Below, piece after piece: positions 1 through 9,453 of a stretch of 64,000 nt of DNA (its first letter is position 1; each line of letters opens with the position of its first letter). The DNA lies in IMG/VR virus record IMGVR_UViG_3300025853_000057, positions 1-64,000 of that record. One strand, written 5' to 3'. Both the position numbers and the translations under genes were made by a program. The notes under the pieces are model-generated. The model saw only the letters and a list, made by a program, of their open reading frames with translations, made no database searches and was not told the origin of the DNA. This DNA comes from a virus.

Positions 1-264
1 GATTGGGTAGCTTTCTGTTGGCTATTTGGTAAAATGAATAACTTGCCAAATGGTTTTCCGAAGTATTGCCGAGATTTAAAGCAGATGTTTGACGAAAAGG
101 TCAGCGTATATGAGGATAGGTTTATGAATGGCAATGAAGATTTTGAAACAAGGATGTCTTATGTTATGAACAAAGACAACTACCCCAAACAAATAAACGA
201 ACACAACGCCATAGCTGATGCACGGTGGAACAAAGAACTCCATGAGTTTATTCAATCATTATAA
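1..264 (+). CDS. 3'-5' exonuclease, DEDDh/Rv2179c-like (5'-truncated by window edge)
   Basis: Frame is open from base 1 (DWVAFCWLFGKM..LP.GFP.YCRDLKQ) and ends with EHNAIADARW, the ExoIII H-x4-D motif. Confidence 0.75.
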   Translation, partial: DWVAFCWLFGKMNNLPNGFPKYCRDLKQMFDEKVSVYEDRFMNGNEDFETRMSYVMNKDNYPKQINEHNAIADARWNKELHEFIQSL

Positions 265-276
265 AACTTTTAAATT

Positions 277-654
277 ATGGAAGATACTTTAGTAACATTT
301 GAAACGGCTAAATTAGCTAAAGAGAAGGGGTTTACTTTAGTATGTAGGATGCAATACACAGATTTTAATGGGGTAATAAAGTTACAAAATCATATAGATG
401 TTGATGATAATATGTTTCCTTATGCATCAACACAATCATTACTTCAAAAATGGTTGAGAGAAGAACATAATATTCATGTATCAGCTTTTCCAGTATTTTC
501 TAATAAGTATTTTCCAACTGTTAGAAAATTTTTTGAAGACAAAGAATATAAAACAATTTTAGGTGCACCTTATGAACCAGGTTATTCAGAAAAAACATAT
601 GAAGAAGCATTAGAAAAAGGATTACAAGAAGGATTAAAACTGATTAAAATATAA
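277..654 (+). CDS. Conserved hypothetical Bacteroidetes-phage protein
   Basis: VTFETAKLAKEKGF...QKWLRE...TYEEALEKG pattern; no function recognisable. Confidence 0.6.
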   Translation: MEDTLVTFETAKLAKEKGFTLVCRMQYTDFNGVIKLQNHIDVDDNMFPYASTQSLLQKWLREEHNIHVSAFPVFSNKYFPTVRKFFEDKEYKTILGAPYEPGYSEKTYEEALEKGLQEGLKLIKI

Positions 655-659
655 AAACA

Positions 660-707
660 ATGGGCAATAATTTAATAGCAATTTCTGGGAAAATCAACTC
701 AGGTTGA
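660..707 (+). pseudogene. Orphaned 5' fragment of dNMP kinase gene (MGNNLIAISGKINSG-stop)
   Basis: ATG at 660 after A-rich leader; the 15 codons parallel the N-terminus of the kinase at 1430 (MILGISGRINSG|KDT); stops inside the P-loop just before the endonuclease gene. Confidence 0.75.
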
Positions 708-728
708 ATTATTTTTTGTATTTGTAAG

Positions 729-1433
729 ATGAAAAGTACATTTATATACTGTTTAGTTGATCCAAGGGATAATCAAGTTAGATACATTGGAAAATCAAAT
801 AATCCTAAACAACGATTAAAAAACCATTGTAATCCAGCAAGATATAGACCTACTTATAAGTTTAATTGGATAAACCTTTTAAGAAAATTAAATTTAAAGC
901 CAGAATTATTTATTGTTGATGAAGTAGATATTGATGAATGGAAATTTTGGGAACAATATTGGATAGAACAGTTTACTTCTTGGGGATTTAATTTAGTTAA
1001 TTATTGCAAAGGAGGTGAAGGATTATCTTTTGGTAATCAAACAAGTTTTAAAAAAGGTAGTAAACCTTGGAATAAAAATATTATTAAAAAAAGAAATTGT
1101 ATAGTGTGTAAAAAAATTTTTATTCCTGTTTGTAATACATCTAATCAAAAATCTTGTTCTTATAAATGTGCCGCTTCAATCAGAAAGAGTGATACACAAT
1201 ATAGTAAAAATCACACTCCTTGGAATAAAGGATTAAAAGGTAAAAAATTAAAACCAGATAAAAATGTTTATCAATTTAATAAAGAAAAAACTATTATGAT
1301 TAAAAAATGGAACACTGCTAAAGAAGCAGGAGAAGCTCTTTCTATAAATATAGCTGGAATAGGGCAGTGTGCAAGAGGTAATTCAAAATCTTGTGGGGGT
1401 TATTATTGGAGTTATAAAAATATATTATTATGA
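729..1433 (+). mobile_element. Free-standing GIY-YIG homing endonuclease with NUMOD-type DNA-binding repeats
   Basis: FIYCL...RYIGKS..PKQRLKNH and WEQYWI catalytic pattern; two PWNK(G) repeats, CxxC, C-terminal NUMOD1-like VYQF...KEAGEAL...CARG...GGYYW; more AT-rich than neighbours. Confidence 0.85.
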
Positions 1434-2266
1434 TTTTGGGTATATCAGGACGCATAAATAGTGGAAAAGACACTGTAGGTAAGATAATTCAGTATTTAAC
1501 AACAGTAGATAATCCTACATTTGAAGAATTTAAGAGAAGGCATTTAGATTCTAATCAACACTTAGTTAATCCTAATTGGCAAATCAAAAAGTTCGCAGGT
1601 AAACTTAAAGATATAGTCTGTATTCTTTTAGGATGTACTAGAGAACAACTTGAAGATGAAGAATTTAAAAATAAAGAATTAGGAGAAGAGTGGTGGTATT
1701 ACGGTTTTGATGGAGGAATTATGATTCCTTATTTAAATAATGGTTATAAAAAAGGAGAAGAACCTTTAAAGTACCTAATTAAACTTACTCCTAGAAAACT
1801 TCTTCAACTTTTAGGTACTGAATGTGGTAGAAACATTATTCATCCTAATATTTGGGTTAATGCTTTGTTTGCTGATTATGATACAACAAGTTCTTGTAAA
1901 TTTTATCATACACGAACTAAATGTATGTGTTATAGGGAGTCAGATGACAGTACTTTATGTGAGTCAGATACTCCCAACTGGATTATTACAGATATGAGAT
2001 TTCCTAATGAATTTCAAGCTGTAAAAAACAGAGGTGGAATTACTATTAGGGTTAATAGACCTAAGTATGCTTATGAATCAGATTTACCTGAAAAAAGTAG
2101 CCCTCTTCAACATGCTGAAAGAGGCAAAGAACTACACAATCATCCTTCTGAAACAGCTTTAGATAATGCTGAGTTTGACTTTGTTATAGACAATAACAAA
2201 GACATCGAACACTTAGTAAATGAAGTAAAAAGTGTTCTAGAAAAATTAAATCTTTTAAACCCTTAA
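1430..2266 (+). CDS. Deoxynucleoside monophosphate kinase
   Basis: GISGRINSGKDT P-loop, KFAGKLK, TPRKLLQLLGTECGR, IITDMRFPNE, HPSETALD motifs of the T4 gp1-like family. Confidence 0.9.
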   Translation: MILGISGRINSGKDTVGKIIQYLTTVDNPTFEEFKRRHLDSNQHLVNPNWQIKKFAGKLKDIVCILLGCTREQLEDEEFKNKELGEEWWYYGFDGGIMIPYLNNGYKKGEEPLKYLIKLTPRKLLQLLGTECGRNIIHPNIWVNALFADYDTTSSCKFYHTRTKCMCYRESDDSTLCESDTPNWIITDMRFPNEFQAVKNRGGITIRVNRPKYAYESDLPEKSSPLQHAERGKELHNHPSETALDNAEFDFVIDNNKDIEHLVNEVKSVLEKLNLLNP

Positions 2267-2276
2267 ACACATAAAA

Positions 2277-2726
2277 ATGGCAAAATTAACAAAGGCAGAA
2301 ATTAATGCTATTGTAGAAGAAATCTGCACTAGACTTAGAAAGAGGAATAGTGAAATACAAGATGAAAATCTTGGTATTTATAAAGAATCTGAAGAATGTG
2401 CAAACTTGCAAGAATCAGTACAAATGTACAATGATTATATAAATTTAGCTTTAAGTCATAGAGAAGCTATAGAAAAAATTATACAGCTTAATAACTATTT
2501 TTACAAAATGCCAAATAACTATTTTTACAAAATGCCAACTACATTAAATTTAGATAAAATAGTATTAGAAGCAGCTTCAGAAGCAGAAGGGCCACAGTAT
2601 ACAAAATCTGTACTTGTAAAGTCAAAAGACATAGAAAATAAAGTAGTATTAGCTAATCTGGAGACTAATGGTAAGTTTGATGTAAACAGTATAATCACTC
2701 AAATTATTAATGAAATTGATAATTAA
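2277..2726 (+). CDS. Hypothetical protein with 8-aa tandem duplication
   Basis: ORF in operon; NNYFYKMP x2. Confidence 0.6.
   Translation: MAKLTKAEINAIVEEICTRLRKRNSEIQDENLGIYKESEECANLQESVQMYNDYINLALSHREAIEKIIQLNNYFYKMPNNYFYKMPTTLNLDKIVLEAASEAEGPQYTKSVLVKSKDIENKVVLANLETNGKFDVNSIITQIINEIDN
2490..2537 (+). repeat. Perfect 24-nt tandem duplication (aataactatttttacaaaatgcca x2)
   Basis: Read directly from sequence. Confidence 0.9.
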
Positions 2727-2728
2727 TT

Positions 2729-3094
2729 ATGGAAGTAAATCAAAAATCTGTAAAGAAAAAGCTTAAACAAGCTAATAAAATCTATAACTATCTTTCTACT
2801 AATAAAATTAGGAGACAGGATGAAATTTATAGGAACCTAAAAATAGATAGCAGGTTTGTATCGTGGTTAGCTCAAAATAAAATAATCTATAAGCGTGGTG
2901 ATCACTATGTTTGGAATAGTAAATTAAAACCTAATGCTAAAATGATAGAAACTTTTCAAATCTATTATTTAAAGCTTATAAGAAGCTATGATAAACCTCA
3001 GTCTTCTAAAAATAAAAAGGTAAGTAATACATCCTCTGTTAGAACATTTTCTATTTTATGGGGATTATTTAAATTTGAACTTAAGATGAAGTGA
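2729..3094 (+). CDS. Hypothetical basic protein
   Basis: Lys-rich ORF, tightly packed in operon. Confidence 0.55.
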   Translation: MEVNQKSVKKKLKQANKIYNYLSTNKIRRQDEIYRNLKIDSRFVSWLAQNKIIYKRGDHYVWNSKLKPNAKMIETFQIYYLKLIRSYDKPQSSKNKKVSNTSSVRTFSILWGLFKFELKMK

Positions 3095-3420
3095 AACCTA
3101 TAGTGAACGCATGGATTATTCCAGGATTAGAAGAAACCAGAGAAGACTATTTATTTAGGATAATCTGCAATCACTACAAAACATCTATAGAAGCTGTAAA
3201 CAGTAGTTCTAGAAGGAGTGAAATAATTTTAGCAAAGCAGGCTATCTTATACTACTTAAATAAATATTTAAAGTACCATGAGAGAAGCCTAGCTAAAAAG
3301 TTTCACATAAATAGAACTACTGTTTTACATCATTTTAGAAGGTATCAAGGTGTTTTAGATTTAAATCAATTTAAAGCTAAAGACCTAGATGAAAAAATAA
3401 AAAACATTTGTGAATTATGA
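3091..3420 (+). CDS. DnaA C-terminal (domain IV) helix-turn-helix-like protein
   Basis: ICNHY.....V.SSSRRSEIILAKQAILYY....SLAKKF..NRTTVLH resembles Bac_DnaA_C (R.......RQ..MY......SL..IG..F.RDHTTV.H). Confidence 0.7.
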   Translation: MKPIVNAWIIPGLEETREDYLFRIICNHYKTSIEAVNSSSRRSEIILAKQAILYYLNKYLKYHERSLAKKFHINRTTVLHHFRRYQGVLDLNQFKAKDLDEKIKNICEL

Positions 3421-5291
3421 TATATTTTATAGGAGCTACTCCTTTAATAGAAAGTAGTGTTTGTACGCCTTCATCAATAGATACCTTAGTTGAATGGTGT
3501 AAGCATAACAAAGTTAGAAGTATAGACACAGAAACTATAGGTACTTGTTGGGAAGGTTATATTTATACTTTTCAAATAGGTAATGCAGATACTCAGTTTG
3601 TAATTGATGCTACACATGTAGATATTTCCCAAATTAAGAACATTTTAGAGGACCCTGAAGCTATTAATATCTTACAAAATGGTAAGTACGATGATAAGTT
3701 CTTATTTGCTAAAGGAATTAAACTAGGCTATATCTATGATACTTTCTTAGCAGAATGCATATTGACTACAGGATTAGAAAATAGACAGCTTAGGCTAGAC
3801 CATATTGTTACTAAGTATTGTGGAGATAAATATACATTAGACAAATCTATTAGAGGCAAAATTAACTGGGCTGGCTTAACAGATGAAGTAATTCAGTATG
3901 CTGCACATGATGTTATAGCTCTAGAGGAAGTAATGAATAAGCAGATAGAGGAGCTTAAAAAGTTAGATTTAATGTCTGTAGCAGAGCTAGAATTTAAGTG
4001 TTCTAGGGTATTTGCAGAAATGGAATACAGAGGAATGCTTCTAGATGTAAATAAGTGGATTACACAGGCTAATAGAAGAGAACAGGAAGCTTACAAGTAT
4101 AAAGATGTCTTAGACAATTATGTTAAAGAAGAATGGTCTAATAATGGTAAATTTGATAGGTTTATAGACAAACAGCTAAAACTGTTTGATGAAAACTTTG
4201 AAACTACTATAAACTGGTCCTCTTCTGCCCAAGTATTAAGTATTTTAAAAGAAGCTGGTCTTAGAACTGATTCTGTTAATGAAAAAATCATAGAAAAGTA
4301 TAAGGCTAAGATACCTTTAGTAGGTTTATACCTTGATTTTAAGGAAAATCAAACAGCTATTAGCAAGTTTGGTAAAGATTACTTAAAATGGGTTAATCCT
4401 AAGACAAGAGCTGTACATACTTCTTATTGGCAAATACTAGCTACTGGTAGAGTCTCTTCAGGTATGAAAGATGAAGCCCCTAATATGCAGCAATTGCCAG
4501 CTTCTAATGAAGTTAGAAATTGTTTTGTAGCTAGGCCAGGATATTCTTTTGTAGACTGTGACTACTCTGCTATGGAATTAGTGATAGCAGGATATGTGAG
4601 TAAAGAGGATTCTTGGATGGAAGCTTTTAATAATGGCTATGACTTACACTCTGTAGTAGCAGAAGCTGTTTACAAAGATAAATGGAAAGAAGCTACAGAA
4701 GAAGGCTGCATATATCAAGAATGTAAGCAGAAGTGTGAATGTAAAGGTCATAAAGGTATGAGGACTAAAATCAAAACACTCAACTACTTAGCATTATATG
4801 GTGGTGGTCCCCAAAAGCTTAGTGATTCCATTAACATCCCTCTGTCAGAAGCTAAAGGTATCATATCTAGTTACTTCAAAGGATTGCCTAAGCTTACAGG
4901 TTTTCTTAACATGTTAAAGGTATATGGAAGAGAAAATCTAATGATAAGAACTAAGCCTCCATACAGGAGAATAAGGTTCTTTGAAAATCCTTATGATGAC
5001 CCTGCAACTAATGCTAAAATTGAAAGGCAAAGTGGAAACACTTATATCCAAGGTACAGGAGCTAATATAACAAAGCTTTCCATGATTAAAATGGATGAAA
5101 TGAGACAAAAGCTTGGATTAGATGTACACTTTGTTATGCAATTGCATGATGCAGTAGTCTGTGAAGTTAAGGATGAGCAAGCACAACAATGGCTGGAAAT
5201 TCAAAAACAATGTATGATAGAAGCCTTTGAAGAAGTGATAGGATTTCCTATTGGAGTAGATGGCTATGTAGAAAAATTCTGGAAAAAATAA
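3417..5291 (+). CDS. polA: Family A DNA polymerase with 3'-5' exonuclease domain
   Basis: ExoI DTET, ExoII NGKYD, ExoIII YAAHD; TGRVSS..PNMQQLP; motif A DYSAMEL; motif B RTKIKTLNYLALYG; NTYIQGTGA; motif C QLHDAV. Confidence 0.95.
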   Translation: MIYFIGATPLIESSVCTPSSIDTLVEWCKHNKVRSIDTETIGTCWEGYIYTFQIGNADTQFVIDATHVDISQIKNILEDPEAINILQNGKYDDKFLFAKGIKLGYIYDTFLAECILTTGLENRQLRLDHIVTKYCGDKYTLDKSIRGKINWAGLTDEVIQYAAHDVIALEEVMNKQIEELKKLDLMSVAELEFKCSRVFAEMEYRGMLLDVNKWITQANRREQEAYKYKDVLDNYVKEEWSNNGKFDRFIDKQLKLFDENFETTINWSSSAQVLSILKEAGLRTDSVNEKIIEKYKAKIPLVGLYLDFKENQTAISKFGKDYLKWVNPKTRAVHTSYWQILATGRVSSGMKDEAPNMQQLPASNEVRNCFVARPGYSFVDCDYSAMELVIAGYVSKEDSWMEAFNNGYDLHSVVAEAVYKDKWKEATEEGCIYQECKQKCECKGHKGMRTKIKTLNYLALYGGGPQKLSDSINIPLSEAKGIISSYFKGLPKLTGFLNMLKVYGRENLMIRTKPPYRRIRFFENPYDDPATNAKIERQSGNTYIQGTGANITKLSMIKMDEMRQKLGLDVHFVMQLHDAVVCEVKDEQAQQWLEIQKQCMIEAFEEVIGFPIGVDGYVEKFWKK

Positions 5292-5294
5292 ATT

Positions 5295-6455
5295 ATGGAA
5301 ATTAATGCAAAAAGAGATGAAATACAAAAACTAGCAGTTCAGGGTTTTAAAGAATGTGGAGAAGGAATTCTGCATATAGCTATGGGAGTAGGTAAAACTA
5401 AAATTGGTATTGATATATCTAAAGAGTATCAAAAAGTTTTAGTTGTAGCCCCTTATGTAGCTTTACTAGAATCTTGGAAAGAAGAATTTAAGAAGTGGAA
5501 AGTCTCAGATAGCAATGTGACTTATACTACAACAGCTTCTCTCAAGAAATATAAGGATTTAGAATTTGATTTAGTTGTACTAGATGAGATTCATTTATTC
5601 TCCTTTAATCAATTAGAGAAGATACCTAAAGGTAAAAGACTAGGGTTATCAGGTACTATTAGCTTAGATACTGCTAAATTTATTAAAGAGACTATAGGTC
5701 TATCAGTTATTTTTAACTATAGTCTAGAAGCTGCTATTAGAGATAATGTAATTGCAGATTACAGAATTAAAATAGTAGATGTTTTCTTAGATGATACTGA
5801 GAAATACATACAAGCTGGTACTAAGAAAAAGCCCTTTTTAACTACAGAGAAAAAGCAGTATGACTACCTTACTTCTATTTTTAATAAGCTCAAATTTGCT
5901 GAATGGAATAGTGTAGGTGAAGAAGCTAAAAAATTAAAACTTGCTAAAATGCAAATAGCTTCTAAAAGGTCTAAGCTTATATATTCTTGTAAGAGTAAGC
6001 TTAAAGCTGCTAAAGAAGTTATTGAGAAGTTTAATGATGATAGAATTCTTATCTTTAGTACACTAACAGAATCTGCTAATTACTTATGTGAATTTACTCA
6101 TCATTCTAAGTCTAAAGTATCTTATTTAGACAGTTTTTCTGAAGGAGAAATAGATAAGCTTGCTGTAGTAAATATGGCTAATGTAGGTCTTAACATTAAA
6201 CCTCTGCATAAAGCTGTAGTTCATCAGTTTCAAAGCTCTCCAGAAACTGCTAAACAAAGAATAGGCAGACTTCTTAGATTAGAATATAATAACCCTGGAA
6301 AAGTAGGAGAAGTATGGATTATTAGGGCTATGAATACTGTTGATGAACAATGGGTAAAAAGTGCTTTGGTAGATGTACCTTCTTCTAAGATACAGTATAT
6401 TCACTACAATAATTTAAAACATTATGGTAATAACCAAGCTTCAGCAGAAAACTGA
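5295..6455 (+). CDS. Superfamily 2 DExH helicase
   Basis: MGVGKT Walker A, DEIH, GLSGT, NVGLNI, QRIGRLLR motif VI. Confidence 0.85.
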   Translation: MEINAKRDEIQKLAVQGFKECGEGILHIAMGVGKTKIGIDISKEYQKVLVVAPYVALLESWKEEFKKWKVSDSNVTYTTTASLKKYKDLEFDLVVLDEIHLFSFNQLEKIPKGKRLGLSGTISLDTAKFIKETIGLSVIFNYSLEAAIRDNVIADYRIKIVDVFLDDTEKYIQAGTKKKPFLTTEKKQYDYLTSIFNKLKFAEWNSVGEEAKKLKLAKMQIASKRSKLIYSCKSKLKAAKEVIEKFNDDRILIFSTLTESANYLCEFTHHSKSKVSYLDSFSEGEIDKLAVVNMANVGLNIKPLHKAVVHQFQSSPETAKQRIGRLLRLEYNNPGKVGEVWIIRAMNTVDEQWVKSALVDVPSSKIQYIHYNNLKHYGNNQASAEN

Positions 6456-6678
6456 AGTTTTAACTGACAAAGAAGTTTTATTCTTTTATAAAATAGCCGA
6501 GCTTGAGCTTAACAAAGAAGCCTTAAATAAACCTGAGAAGTATGTAGAAGTTATAAATAAACTTGCACATCCTAAAACAACCAGTGTTAGCCAAGTCTTA
6601 GGAGTAATACCTAAGTTCATAGTCCAGCTTGAAAAAGAAGACTTCTATTTAACTTATAAACATTTAGGATTGATATGA
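6424..6678 (+). CDS. Hypothetical protein
   Basis: ORF overlapping neighbours in operon. Confidence 0.5.
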   Translation: MVITKLQQKTEVLTDKEVLFFYKIAELELNKEALNKPEKYVEVINKLAHPKTTSVSQVLGVIPKFIVQLEKEDFYLTYKHLGLI

Positions 6679-6869
6679 AAGATGCGATTGGATTTGGAAT
6701 TTTTGTTATGATAATTATGGTAATTTATATCATACTTACCATACATTCTGTTCAAATTATAGATACAGGAGAAGAAATAAAAATTGTATGGGTACAGGAG
6801 TATGTAGATTCTGATTTAAAGCCTTATACAGTTATAAAAAGCATAGTTATATGGAAGAAAAAGAAGTAG
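6675..6869 (+). CDS. Small membrane protein
   Basis: N-terminal hydrophobic helix (IGFGIFVMIIMVIYIILTI); ATGA coupling. Confidence 0.55.
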   Translation: MKDAIGFGIFVMIIMVIYIILTIHSVQIIDTGEEIKIVWVQEYVDSDLKPYTVIKSIVIWKKKK

Positions 6870-7303
6870 TAGAACTACTAAATAGTCTTCAACAGCAAAG
6901 TTTAATTAAAATACTAAACTGGCAAAACAAAGAGCTTATACTTTTACCTAAGCTTGTTAGTAAACTATCTAATCCTATTGCAGAATGGATAGATGACTAC
7001 AGAGCTTTATTTAAAGGTAAAAAGCCTGGTGCTATGGGTAGTAAAGAAGCTTGCATTAAGAAGATGGAAGAACTATTCATTAGAAGACCTGACTTAACTA
7101 AAGAAAAAGTAATGGCTGCTACACAAAATTATATAAATGCTGAGTCTTTGAATAGATGGAAATATATGATGCAAGCAGACTACTTTATCTCCAAAAATCA
7201 AGGTCACACTAAAGATGGTAAAATTTCCAAATTAGAGGCTTTTTGTGATGATTTAGAAGATACCTTAGATACTAACAATAATTCTTTTATGCATGATATT
7301 TAA
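6851..7303 (+). CDS. Hypothetical replication-associated protein (possible helicase loader)
   Basis: Overlaps the DnaB-like gene start; function inferred from position only. Confidence 0.45.
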   Translation: MEEKEVVELLNSLQQQSLIKILNWQNKELILLPKLVSKLSNPIAEWIDDYRALFKGKKPGAMGSKEACIKKMEELFIRRPDLTKEKVMAATQNYINAESLNRWKYMMQADYFISKNQGHTKDGKISKLEAFCDDLEDTLDTNNNSFMHDI

Positions 7304-8402
7304 TAGAGCTTTAGCCAAGATTAAAGACAACATGCATAATGAAATTAACTGTATACCTTGGGGATTAGAAAGATTTGAGAATGTTGTACCTGGTATTATG
7401 CAGAAAAAATATTATTTGGTAACTGCAAATTCAGGTGTAGGCAAAACTCAGTTTACAGATTCTTACTTTATGTATAGACCAGTAGACTTTATACTTAATA
7501 CTGAAACAGATATTAAGTTAAAAGTTTTCTACTATTCTCTAGAAATAGATAAAGAATCTAAAATTATACAGGGTATTGCTAAAAAGATTTATACGGATAA
7601 AGGTCTTGTTATACCCCATAACAAAATACTATCTATGAATAAACACAGAATATCTGAAGAGGAGTTTAAAATTATATCTGAAACTAAAGATTACTTTGAA
7701 AAACTCGAAGATTATGTGTATATTTATGATGATATAATTAATCCGTATGGTATTTTTAAACAGTTAGTTGACTATGCAAAAAGTCATGGTACTATACACA
7801 CTAAAAAAATCACTAAAAAAGTTAAGAATGAGGTTACTGGCGTAATTGAAGAAGAAGAAATAGAGATTTTTGATTACTATGAGCCTTTTAATCCTAAAGA
7901 ATATGTAATTATTATAGTAGACCACGCAGCACTACTAAATCCAGAGAAAGGTCTAAGCACTAAGCTCACCATAGAAAAACACAGTAATAATATGGTTAAG
8001 CTTAGAAATATGTTTGGATATATTCCTGTATTAGTACAACAGCAAGCTGCTGCTATGGAAGAACTAGATACTTATAAGGGTCAAACTTTAGAATCAAAAC
8101 TAATACCTAGTTTATATGGCCTAGGAGAGACTAAATTAACAGGTAGGGATTGTGATATAGCATTAGGTGTTTTTAGTCCAGCTAGGTATGAATTAGACTC
8201 TTTTAGAGGATATAACATTTCTCTCTTACAGGACAACTTTCGTTCTTTGCATGTATTAAAATATCGTAGTGGTTCCCCTAATGGTGTAGTAGGTTTATAT
8301 TTCAATGGCGCAGTTAATTATTTTGATGAGTTGCCAAAGCCTAAAACTCCTGAACTACAAGAGATATACAACTACATAAAAAGTAATAAACAAAATCAAT
8401 AA
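7293..8402 (+). CDS. DnaB-like replicative helicase
   Basis: ANSGVGKT Walker A, YSLE, IIVDH, LVQQQ, RDCDIALG, LKYRSG arginine-finger motif. Confidence 0.85.
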   Translation: MIFNRALAKIKDNMHNEINCIPWGLERFENVVPGIMQKKYYLVTANSGVGKTQFTDSYFMYRPVDFILNTETDIKLKVFYYSLEIDKESKIIQGIAKKIYTDKGLVIPHNKILSMNKHRISEEEFKIISETKDYFEKLEDYVYIYDDIINPYGIFKQLVDYAKSHGTIHTKKITKKVKNEVTGVIEEEEIEIFDYYEPFNPKEYVIIIVDHAALLNPEKGLSTKLTIEKHSNNMVKLRNMFGYIPVLVQQQAAAMEELDTYKGQTLESKLIPSLYGLGETKLTGRDCDIALGVFSPARYELDSFRGYNISLLQDNFRSLHVLKYRSGSPNGVVGLYFNGAVNYFDELPKPKTPELQEIYNYIKSNKQNQ

Positions 8403-8408
8403 TAATTT

Positions 8409-9086
8409 ATGAGTACACTAGTAGGCATTGTAGGCCAAAGTGGAAGTGGTAAATCTACTTCTATTGAAACACTAAACCCTAAAGAAACAGTAATTATTAA
8501 TGTTTCTAACAAACCATTACCTTTTAGAGGTTGGAAATCTAATTACGTAGCTAAGAAGCTATCTGAAGGAGGTAATTATGCAGTAACAGACTCTGCTGCT
8601 ACTATTATTACTGCTTTAGAATATATTAGTAAATCTAGACCTGAGATTAAGCATATTGTGATTGACGATTCTCAATATCTTATGTCTTTTGAGTTTATGG
8701 CTAAAGCTAAAGAAAAAGGCTATGATAAATTTACAAACATTGCAAAGAATACTTTTGATGTTCTAAATGTAGCTAGAAATCTTAGAGACGACTTAATTGT
8801 TTTTAGTCTTTACCATGAAGAAGAAGTATCTGATAACTTTGCTAAAAGACGGAAAATCAAGACAATAGGCAAACTTTTGGATGATAAGATTACTCTGGAA
8901 GGTCTATTTACTATTGTTCTTTTTACAGAAGTAGTAACAGGAGAAGACAACAATACTAATTACTACTTCTCTACACAAACTGATGGCTCTTCTACAGCTA
9001 AAAGTCCTAAAGGAATGTTTGAAGAAAAACTTATTCCTAATGATTTGAAAGTTGTAGCAGAATCCATTAACTCTTATTACCAATAA
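8409..9086 (+). CDS. AAA-family P-loop ATPase (AAA_24/Sak4-like)
   Basis: GQSGSGKSTS, IVIDDSQY, KTIGKLLD, AKSPKGMF..IPNDL. Confidence 0.85.
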   Translation: MSTLVGIVGQSGSGKSTSIETLNPKETVIINVSNKPLPFRGWKSNYVAKKLSEGGNYAVTDSAATIITALEYISKSRPEIKHIVIDDSQYLMSFEFMAKAKEKGYDKFTNIAKNTFDVLNVARNLRDDLIVFSLYHEEEVSDNFAKRRKIKTIGKLLDDKITLEGLFTIVLFTEVVTGEDNNTNYYFSTQTDGSSTAKSPKGMFEEKLIPNDLKVVAESINSYYQ

Positions 9087-9118
9087 CCCCCTTTTATTAA
9101 CATTTAAACATTTAACAA

Positions 9119-9424
9119 ATGTCTGACAAAACACAAGTTCCAGTATCTACCCGTGAATTGAAAATCTGGTATGCCATTGATGGCAAATCTGCTGATGAGA
9201 TTGCAGAAATTATTTCTGAAAAGCATGGAGTAGCATGTGCTGGAGATGATGTAGTAGCACTACTCAAAGAAAGAAAAGTTCAAACTAGAGCTATTAGACG
9301 CTCTGAAAAGTCTTTTGTTTTTGTAAATCCTGATGAGCAAGCTGCTGAAGAAGCTAATCACACTAGTGATGAGCAAGCTGTAGAAGAGACTTCTTTCGTA
9401 AACTCTGCTGAAAACTCAATCTAA
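9119..9424 (+). CDS. Hypothetical protein, possible HTH with acidic tail
   Basis: GKSADEIAEII helix pattern; DEQA.EE repeated in the tail. Confidence 0.5.
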   Translation: MSDKTQVPVSTRELKIWYAIDGKSADEIAEIISEKHGVACAGDDVVALLKERKVQTRAIRRSEKSFVFVNPDEQAAEEANHTSDEQAVEETSFVNSAENSI

Positions 9425-9453
9425 TTTAGTAACCTCATAATCTATATTAATAT

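Noticed and set aside
705-1465. Group I intron in the dNMP kinase gene
   Set aside because: No room for a ribozyme core (21 nt before the endonuclease, none after), no in-frame U|...G| splice junction, and the kinase has its own complete N-terminus.
3417-8402. Inteins in polymerase or helicases
   Set aside because: Protein lengths are normal and no intein C/S...HN splice motifs or LAGLIDADG blocks were seen.
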